This document shows positions 39,265-49,050 of a stretch of 64,000 nucleotides of DNA, piece by piece (the stretch's first letter is position 1; each line of letters begins with the position of its first letter). The stretch lies in the NCBI GenBank assembly GCA_038231135.1, contig JBBRLX010000006.1, positions 1 to 64,000 on the forward strand. The letters are read 5' to 3'. The notes under the pieces were generated by a model. The model did not search any database. It was not told the DNA's origin and saw nothing but the letters and a program-made list of their open reading frames with translations. A program made the translations under genes and the position numbers. Source of the stretch: Candidatus Eiseniibacteriota bacterium. Lineage in GTDB: Bacteria > Eisenbacteria > RBG-16-71-46.

Positions 39265-41009
39265 ACAGGAAGCCACGGCTATGGGAGGCGCTGCTCGCGG
39301 CGGCGCTGGTGGGAGTGGTGGTGTGGGGAGTCGCGGGTTCGTTCGTGGTGCCCCTGGGCCGCGCGGCGTGCGGTGGCCCCGCGTGGGTCGTGAACGGTCT
39401 CCCGCTGCGCCGGGAAGCGCGCGTGCTGTCGCAGGTGCGGCGGCAGGCACTGTGGGCGCTCGGCCACTGGAGCGCGCCGCCGGCGTCCGCGGACGTGCTG
39501 CCGTTCAAGCCGGTGCCGCCCGAGAGCGTGTCGCAGTTCGAGCGGCGCACGCGGACGCGGATGCACGGACATCGGGCGCCGGCCACTCCGCCCGCGCCCG
39601 ACGCCGTCGCCGCGCCCGACGCGCCCGATGCTCCCGACGAGCCGGACACGCCCGACTCGATCACGACGCCGCTGCCGCCGTCGCCGCCCGGCAAGTCCGG
39701 CAACATCACCCGGCTGGGCTCCGACATCTACATCGCGCCCGACCAGGTCGTGGTGGGCGACGTGGTCGCGGTCGGCGGCGACGTCACGGTCGCAGGGCAC
39801 GTCGAGGGTGACGTGGCCTCGATGGGCGGCGACGTGTCGCTCAAGGCCACCGCGCGCGTGGACGGCGACGTGGTATCGATGGGCGGCCGGCTGCTCGAGG
39901 AACCGGGTGCGTCCGTGGGCGGCCAGCGCGTGAGCGGGCTCGGCTCGCACCGCACGCGGATCCGGCAGGTGACGAGCCACATGGTGGAGCGTGGCACGGG
40001 CAGGTTCGTGGCCTCGCTGATCTGGCTGCTGATACTGCTCGGGCTCGCGTGGGGGTTCACCCGGCTGGGCCCGGGACGCACCCGCGACGCCGCCGACACC
40101 CTGCGGCGTGAGCCCGCGGTATCGCTCGGCGTGGGCGCCCTGATCTTCGCGCTGATCGTGCCGTCGGTGGTGGCGCTGGCGCTGGTGGTCGCGATCCTGT
40201 GCATCACGATCATCGGGATTCCGTTCGGCCTCGCGGCGCTGCTGGCGTACGCCATGTTCCTGTGCCTGTTATGGGGCTGGGGATTCGTGATCGCCGCGGT
40301 GGTCATCGGCCAGACCATACTGGGCCGCACCGGCGCTCATCCTCATCTGTCGGGCTACGGCGCGGTGCCGCCGGGCGGTACCGGAGCCCCCGCGCCGTAC
40401 GCGCCGGCACCGGGCTATGCTCCGGCACCCGGGTACGCCGCCACGCCAGGCTACGCTCCCGCGCCCGGTGCTCCCGGTGTCCCCGGCATGGCACCGTGGA
40501 TCCCCGCGCCGCCGTCGCTCACGCGATGCGCGGTGGTGGGTATCCTGTTCCTTGGCGCGTCCAACCTGCTGGGCCGCATGTTCCAGGCGATCGGGCCGCT
40601 GCACGCCCTGGGGACGCTGATCCACGTGCTGGCGTCCATCGCCGGCCTGGTGGCGATCACGTTCGGCTCGGGGGCGTGGCTGCGCACCGAGATTCGCGCC
40701 GGCACGGTGGCGCGCTGGTGGCGCGGCAGCCAGTGGGGCCGCGGCTCGTCCGGCCCGGTGCCGCCGGTGGGCGGCGTCCCGCCCGGAGCCGCACCCGCGT
40801 CCGCGGCGGGCGCCGCCTATGGGGCGAATCCCTACGCCAGCTCGGCGTCGACTCCGGCTGCGGCTCCCTATGCGGCTCCCGGACCGCCGCCGTCCGGCGG
40901 CTCGGGATGGGAAACCCCATCCGCGCCTCCGCCACCGCCGCCGTCGGCCTACATGCCGCCGCGGCCGCCCGAGCCACCGGAGCCGCCGCCCTCGGCCCCG
41001 GTCGCCTGA
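39261..41009 (+). CDS. Membrane protein with a bactofilin-like (polymer-forming) beta-helix and a multi-TM domain
   Basis: VGDVVAVGGDV.V.G.V.GDV repeats, several TM helices including ITIIGIP, Pro-rich tail. Confidence 0.75.
   Translation: MNRKPRLWEALLAAALVGVVVWGVAGSFVVPLGRAACGGPAWVVNGLPLRREARVLSQVRRQALWALGHWSAPPASADVLPFKPVPPESVSQFERRTRTRMHGHRAPATPPAPDAVAAPDAPDAPDEPDTPDSITTPLPPSPPGKSGNITRLGSDIYIAPDQVVVGDVVAVGGDVTVAGHVEGDVASMGGDVSLKATARVDGDVVSMGGRLLEEPGASVGGQRVSGLGSHRTRIRQVTSHMVERGTGRFVASLIWLLILLGLAWGFTRLGPGRTRDAADTLRREPAVSLGVGALIFALIVPSVVALALVVAILCITIIGIPFGLAALLAYAMFLCLLWGWGFVIAAVVIGQTILGRTGAHPHLSGYGAVPPGGTGAPAPYAPAPGYAPAPGYAATPGYAPAPGAPGVPGMAPWIPAPPSLTRCAVVGILFLGASNLLGRMFQAIGPLHALGTLIHVLASIAGLVAITFGSGAWLRTEIRAGTVARWWRGSQWGRGSSGPVPPVGGVPPGAAPASAAGAAYGANPYASSASTPAAAPYAAPGPPPSGGSGWETPSAPPPPPPSAYMPPRPPEPPEPPPSAPVA
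40398..40469 (+). repeat. Four 18-nt coding tandem repeats (YAPAPG)
   Basis: YAPAPG YAPAPG YAATPG YAPAPG. Confidence 0.8.
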
Positions 41010-41033
41010 GACGGCGCACCCGAATTCGTACCC

Positions 41034-41063
41034 GCGCCCGGGATCCCCTAGGATCCCGGGCGC
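41034..41063 (+). terminator. 13-bp perfect hairpin, probable terminator
   Basis: GCGCCCGGGATCC-CCTA-GGATCCCGGGCGC after the stop at 41009; weak U-tract. Confidence 0.55.
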
Positions 41064-41086
41064 TTCGACTTGCCGGGAGGTGATCG

Positions 41087-43123
41087 ATCGAGAGTTCGCT
41101 GCTCGTCCAGGGTCGCGCCGCCGGCGCCTCCTTTGCAGAACCGCCCGCCGCCATCGGCGTCGACACCGGCGGCACGTTCACGGACTTCGTGGCCGTGCTG
41201 GGCCGGCGCCTGGTGGTGTTCAAGCTGCCGTCCACGCCCTCGGGCCCGGACCGCGCCGTGATCGCGGGGCTCGACCGGTTGCGCGCCGCGCGCTCGACCC
41301 GGGTGCGCCACGGCTCCACCGTCGCCACGAACGCGTTGCTCGAGCGCCGCGGCGCCCGTGTGGTGTTCGTCACCACCGCGGGGTTCGAGGACCTGCTCGA
41401 GATCGGCCGCCAGGAGCGGCCCGACATCTACGCGCTCACGCCGCGGCGGGAGCCGCCGCTGGTGCCGGCGAGGCGGCGGCTCGGTGTGCGGGAACGCACG
41501 GGTCCGCGCGGCGAGCGCCTGCTGCGGCTGTCGGCGGCGGAGCGGTCGCGCGTGCGCCGCGCGGTCGCGCGGGCGCGGCCGGAGGCGATCGCGATCGGGC
41601 TGCTGCATTCCTACGCCGATCCCGCACACGAGCGGGCGCTGGCACGCGAGCTGCGCGGTCTGGGGGTGCCGGTCACCTGCTCCTCCGAGCTGTGTCCCGA
41701 GATCCGTGAATACGAGCGGTTCGCCACCACGGTGGTGAACGCGTGGCTGGCCCCGCGCGTCGGCCGCTATCTGGCGGCTGTGGCGCGGCGCGCGGGACCG
41801 GCGTTCGAGGTCGTGCTGTCGCACGGTGGCACCGCGCCCGCGGCGGTCGCGGCGCGCGAGCCGGCGAAGCAACTGCTGTCGGGTCCGGCGGCGGGGGTCC
41901 GCGCCGCCCGCGACGCGGCGCGCGCCTGCGGCTTCGCGGCCGCGCTCACGCTGGACGTCGGCGGCACATCGACCGACTGCGCCTACGTCGGCCGCGAGTT
42001 GCCGCGCCGGCGCGCCCGCATGGTGGCCGGGATCCCGATTCAGCTGCCGATGCTCGACGTGCATACGATCGGCGCGGGCGGCGGCTCGGTGGCGCGCGTC
42101 GACGCGGGCGGGCTGCTGCACGTCGGGCCGGACAGCGCCGGGGCCGATCCCGGGCCCGCGTGCTACGGGCGGGGCGGACCCCCCACCGTCACGGACGCGC
42201 TGGTGGTGCTCGGCCGGCTGCCGGCGCGGGCTCTCGCCGGCGGCACGTTTCCGATCGATGCGGGCGCGGCGCGGGCGGCGATGGCGCAGCTCGCGCGGTC
42301 GCTCGGCCATCGCGACGCGCTGCGCGCCGCCGCCGGCGTCGCGACGCTCGCCGAGTCGCACATGGGGGCGGCGCTGCGGCGCGTGTCGGTCGAGCGCGGC
42401 CACGATCCGCGCGGCGCCGCCCTGGTGTGCTTCGGCGGCGCGGGCGGGCTGTTCGCCTGCGCGCTCGCGGCGGAGCTGGGGACGGCGGTGGTGTTCCCGC
42501 GCCACGCCGGCGTGCTGTCGGCGCTGGGGGCGCTGACCGGCGGCTCGCGGCGCGAGAAGAGCCGCTCGGTGCTGCTCGACGCCGGCGACCGCCCGCGCAT
42601 CGCCCGCGTGCTCGCGGCGCTCGAGGCGGCGGCGCGCCGCGAGTTCGCGCCGGCGCTGCGCGGGCGCGCGACCGTGGAGCGCTGGGCCGAGGCGCGCTAC
42701 CGCGGCCAGGCGCACGAGCTCCCGATTCCCGCCGCCGGCGACCTCGCGCGCCGGTTCCATGCCGCGCACGAGCACCGCTATGGCTTCGCCGATCCCGCGG
42801 CGCCGGTCGAGATCGTGACGCTCGAGGCGCGGGTGTCGGTGGCCGGCGAGCGGCTGCCGGCGATGCGGCCGGCGCCGCGCCGCGGACCGCGGCCGCCGGG
42901 CAGCGTCACCGTCCGCCACGCGGGACGCGACATCAGGGCCCTGGTGTGGGACGCCGCCCAGCTCGGCCGCGGGGCGCGCGTGGCCGGCCCGGCGGTGGTG
43001 GTGGAGGACGGCGCGACGCTGTGGGTGGTGCCCGGGTGGTCGGGCACGCGCCACGCGAGCGGCGCCCTGGTGCTCGTGCCCGGAAGGCTGCGCGCCGCGC
43101 CGCGACGCCGGGGGCCGCGATGA
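41087..43123 (+). CDS. Hydantoinase/5-oxoprolinase subunit A (start uncertain)
   Basis: IGVDTGGTFTD (41153), HGSTVATNALLER, REYER, LSGPAAG, DVGGTSTD, GAGGGS, SAGA.PGPACY. Confidence 0.88.
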   Translation: MESSLLVQGRAAGASFAEPPAAIGVDTGGTFTDFVAVLGRRLVVFKLPSTPSGPDRAVIAGLDRLRAARSTRVRHGSTVATNALLERRGARVVFVTTAGFEDLLEIGRQERPDIYALTPRREPPLVPARRRLGVRERTGPRGERLLRLSAAERSRVRRAVARARPEAIAIGLLHSYADPAHERALARELRGLGVPVTCSSELCPEIREYERFATTVVNAWLAPRVGRYLAAVARRAGPAFEVVLSHGGTAPAAVAAREPAKQLLSGPAAGVRAARDAARACGFAAALTLDVGGTSTDCAYVGRELPRRRARMVAGIPIQLPMLDVHTIGAGGGSVARVDAGGLLHVGPDSAGADPGPACYGRGGPPTVTDALVVLGRLPARALAGGTFPIDAGAARAAMAQLARSLGHRDALRAAAGVATLAESHMGAALRRVSVERGHDPRGAALVCFGGAGGLFACALAAELGTAVVFPRHAGVLSALGALTGGSRREKSRSVLLDAGDRPRIARVLAALEAAARREFAPALRGRATVERWAEARYRGQAHELPIPAAGDLARRFHAAHEHRYGFADPAAPVEIVTLEARVSVAGERLPAMRPAPRRGPRPPGSVTVRHAGRDIRALVWDAAQLGRGARVAGPAVVVEDGATLWVVPGWSGTRHASGALVLVPGRLRAAPRRRGPR

Positions 43124-44766
43124 CCGCCGCGTTCGACGGCGCGCGGCTCGCGCTGTTCCAGGCGCGGTTCGCCGCGTGCGCCGAGGAGATGGGCGTGACG
43201 CTGATGCGCACCGCGCATTCGCCGAACATCACCGAGCGCCTCGACCACTCGTGCGCGGTGTTCGACGGCCGTGGCCGGCTCATCGCCCAGGCCGCGCACA
43301 TTCCCGTGCATCTCGGCAGCATGCCGCGCGCGGTCGAGGTGGTGCTCGAGCGCTCGACGCTATTGCCCGGCGACGTGGTGATGCTCAACGATCCGTTCGC
43401 CGGCGGCACGCACCTGCCGGACGTTACGCTGGTTTCGCCGGTGTTCGCCGGTTCCGCGCCCGGCCGCGGCGGCCCGCGGCGGCCCGATTACTTCGTCGCG
43501 AGCCGCGCGCACCACGCCGACATCGGCGGCGCGGCGCCCGGGTCGATGCCCCTCGCGCGCGAAGTCTACGAGGAGGGCCTCCGTATCCCGCCCGTGCACC
43601 TGGTGCGCGGCGGCGACGTCCAGGCGGACGTGCTCGCGATCGTGCTCGCGAACGTGCGGACGGCGCGCGAACGCCATGCCGACCTGATGGCGCAGGCCGG
43701 CGCCCAGACCACCGGCATAAGGCGGCTGGAGGCGCTGATCGCGTCCCACGGCACGGCGACGCTGAATCGTGCGGCGGAGGCGCTGATGCGTCACGCCGCG
43801 CGCAGCGTGCTCGCCGCCGTGCGGACCCTGCCGCGGGGGACGTTCCGCTTCGAGGACGTGCTCGACGACGACGGGCTCGGCCACGGGCCGATCCCGATCC
43901 GCGCCGCGGTGACGCTCGGGGCCCGAGGCGTGACCGTCGACTTCACCGGCTCGAGCCCGCAGACGGCCGGGCCGGTGAACGCCGTCGCCGCCGTCACCCG
44001 CGCGGCCGCGACCTACGCGGTGAGGATCGTGCTGGGCGGCGAGCTGCCGATCAACCACGGCACCCTGGAGGCCATCCGCGTGATCGCGCCGCCCGGCACC
44101 GTGGTGAATCCGCTGCCGCCGGCCGCGGTCGCCGCGGGCAACGTCGAGACCTCGCAGCGCATCGTCGACGTCGTGCTGGGCGCGCTGGCGCGCGCGCTGC
44201 CCCATCGTGTGCCGGCGGCGAGCAGCGGCACCATGAACAACCTGCTGATCGGCGGCCGCGATCCGCAAGCCGGCCCGTTCGCATACTACGAGACGCTGGC
44301 CGGCGGCCATGGCGCGGGCCCGGGCGGGGATGGCGCGTCGGCGATGCAGGCGCACATGACGAACACCCGCAACACGCCGGTCGAGAGCCTGGAGCACGCG
44401 TATCCCCTGCGCGTCCGCTCCACGCGCGTGCGGCGTGGCAGCGGGGGCCTGGGCCGGCATCGCGGCGGCGACGGCATCGAGCGTGCGCTCGAGCTCATGG
44501 CCCCGGCGCGCGTCACCGTGATCTCGGAGCGGCGGCTGCGCGGCCCGTGGGGGCTCGCCGGCGGCCGGCCGGGAGCGCCGGGCCGGAACACCGTGCGCGA
44601 GTCGCCCGGCGCCCGCGCGCGCCGGATGCCCGGGAAGTTCGTGGTCGATCTCGCGGCGGGCGCCGTGCTCACGGTGACGAGCCCCGGCGGCGGCGGCTAC
44701 GGGCGACCGGGCTTCGCCGCATCGCGCGCGAAGCGCCGGGTCGCGCGTCGCGCTCCGCAGCGGTAG
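43120..44766 (+). CDS. Hydantoinase B/oxoprolinase subunit
   Basis: EEMG..L.RTA.SPNI.ER.D.SCA, HIPVHLGSM, NDPF.GGTHLPD, GNVETSQR, HMTNT.NTP.E, SPGGGGYG. Confidence 0.93.
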   Translation: MTAAFDGARLALFQARFAACAEEMGVTLMRTAHSPNITERLDHSCAVFDGRGRLIAQAAHIPVHLGSMPRAVEVVLERSTLLPGDVVMLNDPFAGGTHLPDVTLVSPVFAGSAPGRGGPRRPDYFVASRAHHADIGGAAPGSMPLAREVYEEGLRIPPVHLVRGGDVQADVLAIVLANVRTARERHADLMAQAGAQTTGIRRLEALIASHGTATLNRAAEALMRHAARSVLAAVRTLPRGTFRFEDVLDDDGLGHGPIPIRAAVTLGARGVTVDFTGSSPQTAGPVNAVAAVTRAAATYAVRIVLGGELPINHGTLEAIRVIAPPGTVVNPLPPAAVAAGNVETSQRIVDVVLGALARALPHRVPAASSGTMNNLLIGGRDPQAGPFAYYETLAGGHGAGPGGDGASAMQAHMTNTRNTPVESLEHAYPLRVRSTRVRRGSGGLGRHRGGDGIERALELMAPARVTVISERRLRGPWGLAGGRPGAPGRNTVRESPGARARRMPGKFVVDLAAGAVLTVTSPGGGGYGRPGFAASRAKRRVARRAPQR

Positions 44767-44869
44767 AGTGCGCGGTCGAGCAGGCCGCGGCTCGCCGCCC
44801 GCGCGCCGGCATTTCGAAGGTAACGCATCATGGGGCGCCGGACGTGGCACCCCGCTCTCCGGAGGTACG

Positions 44870-46087
44870 ATGCATCGCGCCATACGTGCCGTCGTGCTGC
44901 TGCTCCTCGTCGCTCCGCTGGCCTCGCTATTCGGCTCGCGTGCCGCGCACACCCTGCCGCTCTACGCCGCGCGCACTGGCTACATGTGCCAGCAGTGCCA
45001 TTTCGATCCCAACGGCGGCGGGCCCCGCAACGACTTCGGGTTCATGTTCGCGCGCAACCGCCACAGCACGGATGCCGACACCACGGGCGCGTGGAAGGAT
45101 CTCAACCTCACGAACAGGATCGGCGACACCATGCCGGTCTACTTCGGCGTCAATCAGCGGTTCATGCTGCTGACGGGCACCTCGACCCACTCCGACTCGC
45201 TCGATCGGTTCGCGTTCTTCGGCATGGAGAACAGCCTCCACATCACGTTCCAGCCCCACGAGAAGCTCACGCTCGTATACAGCCGGGATGCGTTCGCGAT
45301 CGACGCCTCGAACGCCAGCGTCGAGCAGAAGGAGGCGTTCGGCATCCTCCACTTCAACGACACTCATTACGTGAAGATCGGCCGGTTCCGCAATCCGTTC
45401 GGCCTGCGCATGGACGACCACACGGTGGCGACGCGCAACGGGTTCCTCGACCTGAGCAGTGGCCAGGGGTTCCTGCCGTACGATCCGCGATATCCGGACA
45501 TGGGTGTCGAGGTCGGCGGCGCGCGCGGGCCGTTCTTCGGCCGAGTCGCGTTCACGAACGGCCATGCGAACTTCTCGAACGGGTTCGCGGAGACCAAGGC
45601 CATCAAGCTCGGCTACAACAGCTCGTTCTATCAGGGCGGCGTGTCGTTCTACGACGAATATCAGAAGGTGCCGGTGACCAACCTGAAACGTTCGACGCGC
45701 TGGGGCTACTACGCGCTCGGCCACCATGGCCCGGTCGCGCTGGTCGGCGAGATCGCGGCGGGCACGGACGAGGCGTTGCCGGTGCTGCCCGGCGCCGTGA
45801 CGGGAGCGAAGACCAACCTGCTCGCCGGATTCGCCGAGCTCGACTGGGCGGCCGGCCGCTCGGTGAACTTCCGGGCGCGCTACGACTACCTGAACCCCGA
45901 TCGCAGCAGCATCCAGGTGATCCGGGACCTGAACTCGCACCAGCGCTACGCGCTCGAGAGCGAGTGGGTGCCGGTGCCGTTCGCGGAACTGCGGTTCGCG
46001 GTGCGCCGCATCCAACACCAGGACGAGGCCGCGTTCGGCTTCAAGGACGAGACGCAGTTCTTCACCCAGGCGCACTTCTCGTACTGA
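44870..46087 (+). CDS. Monoheme cytochrome c-outer-membrane beta-barrel fusion (Cyc2-like architecture)
   Basis: GGAGG ribosome-binding site, signal peptide, LPLYAARTGYMCQQCH, alternating aromatic beta-strands, terminal QAHFSY. Confidence 0.75.
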   Translation: MHRAIRAVVLLLLVAPLASLFGSRAAHTLPLYAARTGYMCQQCHFDPNGGGPRNDFGFMFARNRHSTDADTTGAWKDLNLTNRIGDTMPVYFGVNQRFMLLTGTSTHSDSLDRFAFFGMENSLHITFQPHEKLTLVYSRDAFAIDASNASVEQKEAFGILHFNDTHYVKIGRFRNPFGLRMDDHTVATRNGFLDLSSGQGFLPYDPRYPDMGVEVGGARGPFFGRVAFTNGHANFSNGFAETKAIKLGYNSSFYQGGVSFYDEYQKVPVTNLKRSTRWGYYALGHHGPVALVGEIAAGTDEALPVLPGAVTGAKTNLLAGFAELDWAAGRSVNFRARYDYLNPDRSSIQVIRDLNSHQRYALESEWVPVPFAELRFAVRRIQHQDEAAFGFKDETQFFTQAHFSY

Positions 46088-46108
46088 GTGGACGCCCCGG
46101 TGTCACGC

Positions 46109-46136
46109 GCGAGGCGCCCGTCCGCGGGCGCCTCGC
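46109..46136. terminator. 12-bp hairpin between convergent genes
   Basis: GCGAGGCGCCCG-TCCG-CGGGCGCCTCGC. Confidence 0.6.
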
Positions 46137-46143
46137 AGGCGTG

Positions 46144-47631
46144 TCAGCGGCGCAGCGCCGCCAGCCGCCGGGTGACGACGCGCTGCGTCAGCGGCGTGCG
46201 GTCGGCGGCGGACAGCGTGAGCGCCGCCTCGGGGACCTCATCGAGGAACGCGTCGTTCTGAAGACCCACCACGATCGTGGGTCGCTCGCGGCACGCGGCG
46301 CGCAGCGCCTCGACGCGCGCGGCCTCGAGCGGCAGCCGCGTGGCGACCACCGCCACCCGCGCCGTGGCGAGCGCCGGGTCCTCGGTGAGCGGCACGCCCG
46401 CGTCCGCGAACGCGCGCAGCAGCGGAGTCTCGCCCGGCGGCTCGGCCGGCGTGATGCCGCGCGCCGCCAGCTCGGCCGCCAGCGGGGGCAGCGTGTCGGG
46501 CCCGAAGTTCACCACCTGCCACGGGCCGTTGACCGCGCCCCCGGGCAGCGAACCCCGCACGATCAGCGCGCGATCGACGATCGCCTCTAGTCGCGGCTCC
46601 CAGTCGGCCGGCGTGAGCGCCGCGAGCGGCGCCGCGAGCTCGGCGGCGGTGGGCTCGGGATGCGCGCGGTCCAGCGCCGCGAGCCGCGGGCGCGCGGCGT
46701 CGAAGTTGTCGCGCTCGAGCGTGCCGTCGGTGATCGCGCGCGCCAGCTCCAGCCGCACGCGGCGCAGCTCGTCGTCGTGGAATGCGAACAGCAGCAGGTC
46801 GGCGCCGGCCTCGAGCGCGCGCCGCGCCGCCGCGGCCGGCGCCGCATCGCCGGTCGCGCCCTTCATCTCGAGCGCATCGGTGATGCTGACGCCCGGAAAG
46901 CCCAGCCGGTCGCGCAGCAGATCGTGCGTGATCGCGCGCGAGAACGTCGCCGGGCTCGCGGCATCGAGCGCGCGGTAGAGCACGTGCGCGGTCATCACGG
47001 CATCGGCGTCGAGGTGGGCCGCGAACGGCGCCAGCTCGCGCTGTTCGAGCTGCGCGCGCGACGCCTCGCTCACCGGCAGCGACAGGTGCGAATCCGTGCG
47101 CGTGTCGCCGTGCCCGGGGAAATGCTTGAGACACGCCGCCACGCCCGCGGCGCGGTAGCCGCGCAGCAGCTCGCCCACGCGCGCCGTCACGTCGGCCGCG
47201 GTCATGCCCCATGCGCGCGGCCCGATCACCGGATTGAGCGGCTCGGAATGGATGTCGGCGACCGGCGCGAACACCCAGTCGAGCCCGAGCGCCCGCAGCC
47301 GGGCGCCGGTCACGCGCGCGATCCATTCGAGATCGCCGGGCCCGGCGCCGCGTCCCAGCGTGAGCGCGTTCGGTGGCACCGTCAGGTGCCCGGCGAGCTG
47401 CGATACGTGGCCGCCCTCCTCGTCGATCGCGAGGAACAGCCGGCGCGGCTTCGCCAGCTCGCGCAGGTGGGCCGTGAGCCGCCGCAGGCCGTCCAGGTCC
47501 TGGAAGTCGCGGCGGAACACGATCACGCCCGCCGGGGGATAGGCAGCGAAGTCGCGCTCCCACGCGGGCGTGGGCCCGCCCAGGGGAATGCCGATCATCA
47601 TCCGGCGCGCGATGCCGCGTTGTGCGTCCAT
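46144..47631 (-). CDS. GH3 beta-N-acetylhexosaminidase (NagZ-like)
   Basis: IDEEGG.V, FAPVAD, KHFPGHG.T..DSH, VMTAH, ITDALEM. Confidence 0.88.
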   Translation of the reverse strand: MDAQRGIARRMMIGIPLGGPTPAWERDFAAYPPAGVIVFRRDFQDLDGLRRLTAHLRELAKPRRLFLAIDEEGGHVSQLAGHLTVPPNALTLGRGAGPGDLEWIARVTGARLRALGLDWVFAPVADIHSEPLNPVIGPRAWGMTAADVTARVGELLRGYRAAGVAACLKHFPGHGDTRTDSHLSLPVSEASRAQLEQRELAPFAAHLDADAVMTAHVLYRALDAASPATFSRAITHDLLRDRLGFPGVSITDALEMKGATGDAAPAAAARRALEAGADLLLFAFHDDELRRVRLELARAITDGTLERDNFDAARPRLAALDRAHPEPTAAELAAPLAALTPADWEPRLEAIVDRALIVRGSLPGGAVNGPWQVVNFGPDTLPPLAAELAARGITPAEPPGETPLLRAFADAGVPLTEDPALATARVAVVATRLPLEAARVEALRAACRERPTIVVGLQNDAFLDEVPEAALTLSAADRTPLTQRVVTRRLAALRR

Positions 47632-47850
47632 GGCGGCAACCTGCGGAAGCGTTGCGCGAGTGTCAAGCATCGGCCCGCAACGACGGGCCTGGGACCCGCT
47701 CGGGCCGCCCGTTCCCACGCTGGTAAAGATACACTCGCCTGGCGCGTCGCGAGACCCGACACTATGACTGTGCACCCTGAAGCCCAAGTTGACCGGGATC
47801 TTGCAAAACGCACGTTGGGGCGGCGCTCCGGCCCGCGCTACACTGGCATG

Positions 47851-49029
47851 ATGAAGAACCCCGTCTCCCGGCGCAGCCTGCGGTTCACCGAGTCCGTGAT
47901 CCGCGAAATGACGCGGCTATGCGCGCGCTACGATGGGGTCAATCTGGCCCAGGGCTTCCCGGATTTCGCGGCTCCCGAGGTCCTCAAGGAGGCCGCGGCA
48001 CGGGCAGTGCTAGAAGACCACAACCAATACGCGATCACGTGGGGCGCCAAGCGCCTGCGGGACGCGATCGTGGCCAAGACCCTGCGGTTTCAGGGCCTCG
48101 GCTACGAACCCGAGACCGAGTTGACAGTGTGCTGCGGGGCGACCGAGTGCATGGCGTCGACGATGCTGGCGCTGGTCGATCCGGGCGACGAAGTCATCGT
48201 GTTCGAACCGTTCTACGAGAACTACGGTCCGGATGCGATCCTGTGCGAAGCACAGCCGCGGTTCGTGCGGCTGCGGGAGCCCGACTGGGTCTACGACCCG
48301 GCCGAGCTCGAAGCGGCGTTCTCGAACCGGACGCGCGCGATCGTCATCAATACACCCAACAATCCGACCGGCAAGGTGTTCAGCCGGGATGAACTCGAGC
48401 ACATCGCCGCGCTGTGCCGGAAGTGGGATGTGATCGCGATCACGGACGAGATCTACGAGCACATTCTCTACGATGGCGCGGAGCACGTGCCGCTCGCGTC
48501 GCTGGACGGAATGCGGGAGCGCACGGTGACGATCAGCGGCATGTCGAAGACATACAGCGTAACCGGATGGCGGATCGGCTGGTGCCTCGCGGCGCCGGCG
48601 CTGACGGGCGCGATCCGCAAGGTCCACGACTTCCTCACCGTGGGTGCTCCGGCGCCGCTGCAGGAGGCGGCTTCCGTGGCGCTCGAGCTGCCCGACGATT
48701 ACTACCGCGGCCTCGCCGATCGCTATCGCGAGCGGCGCGAGTTCCTGGTGCCCGCGCTCGAAGCGGCGGGGTTCCGCGCGTTCCGTCCGCGTGGCGCGTA
48801 TTACGTGATGACGGACATTTCGGAGTTCGGGTTCGACAACGATGTCGAGTTCGCGCGCCACCTGGTGGAAACGGTGGGCGTGGCCGCGGTGCCGGGGTCG
48901 AGCTTCTATTCGGATCCAGGCTCGGGACGCCACCGGTTGCGGTTCCATTTCGCTCGCCGGCGCGAAACACTCGAAAACGCTGCGGAACGGCTCGGCCGCC
49001 TCGCGGCCCGTTCCAGTACTGCTCACTAA
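47851..49029 (+). CDS. Class I/II PLP aminotransferase
   Basis: NLAQGFPD, NTPNNPTG, TDEIY, SKTYSVTGWRIG; ATG at 47848 or 47851. Confidence 0.93.
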   Translation: MKNPVSRRSLRFTESVIREMTRLCARYDGVNLAQGFPDFAAPEVLKEAAARAVLEDHNQYAITWGAKRLRDAIVAKTLRFQGLGYEPETELTVCCGATECMASTMLALVDPGDEVIVFEPFYENYGPDAILCEAQPRFVRLREPDWVYDPAELEAAFSNRTRAIVINTPNNPTGKVFSRDELEHIAALCRKWDVIAITDEIYEHILYDGAEHVPLASLDGMRERTVTISGMSKTYSVTGWRIGWCLAAPALTGAIRKVHDFLTVGAPAPLQEAASVALELPDDYYRGLADRYRERREFLVPALEAAGFRAFRPRGAYYVMTDISEFGFDNDVEFARHLVETVGVAAVPGSSFYSDPGSGRHRLRFHFARRRETLENAAERLGRLAARSSTAH

Positions 49030-49050
49030 CCGACACCCGGGGTATCATCG

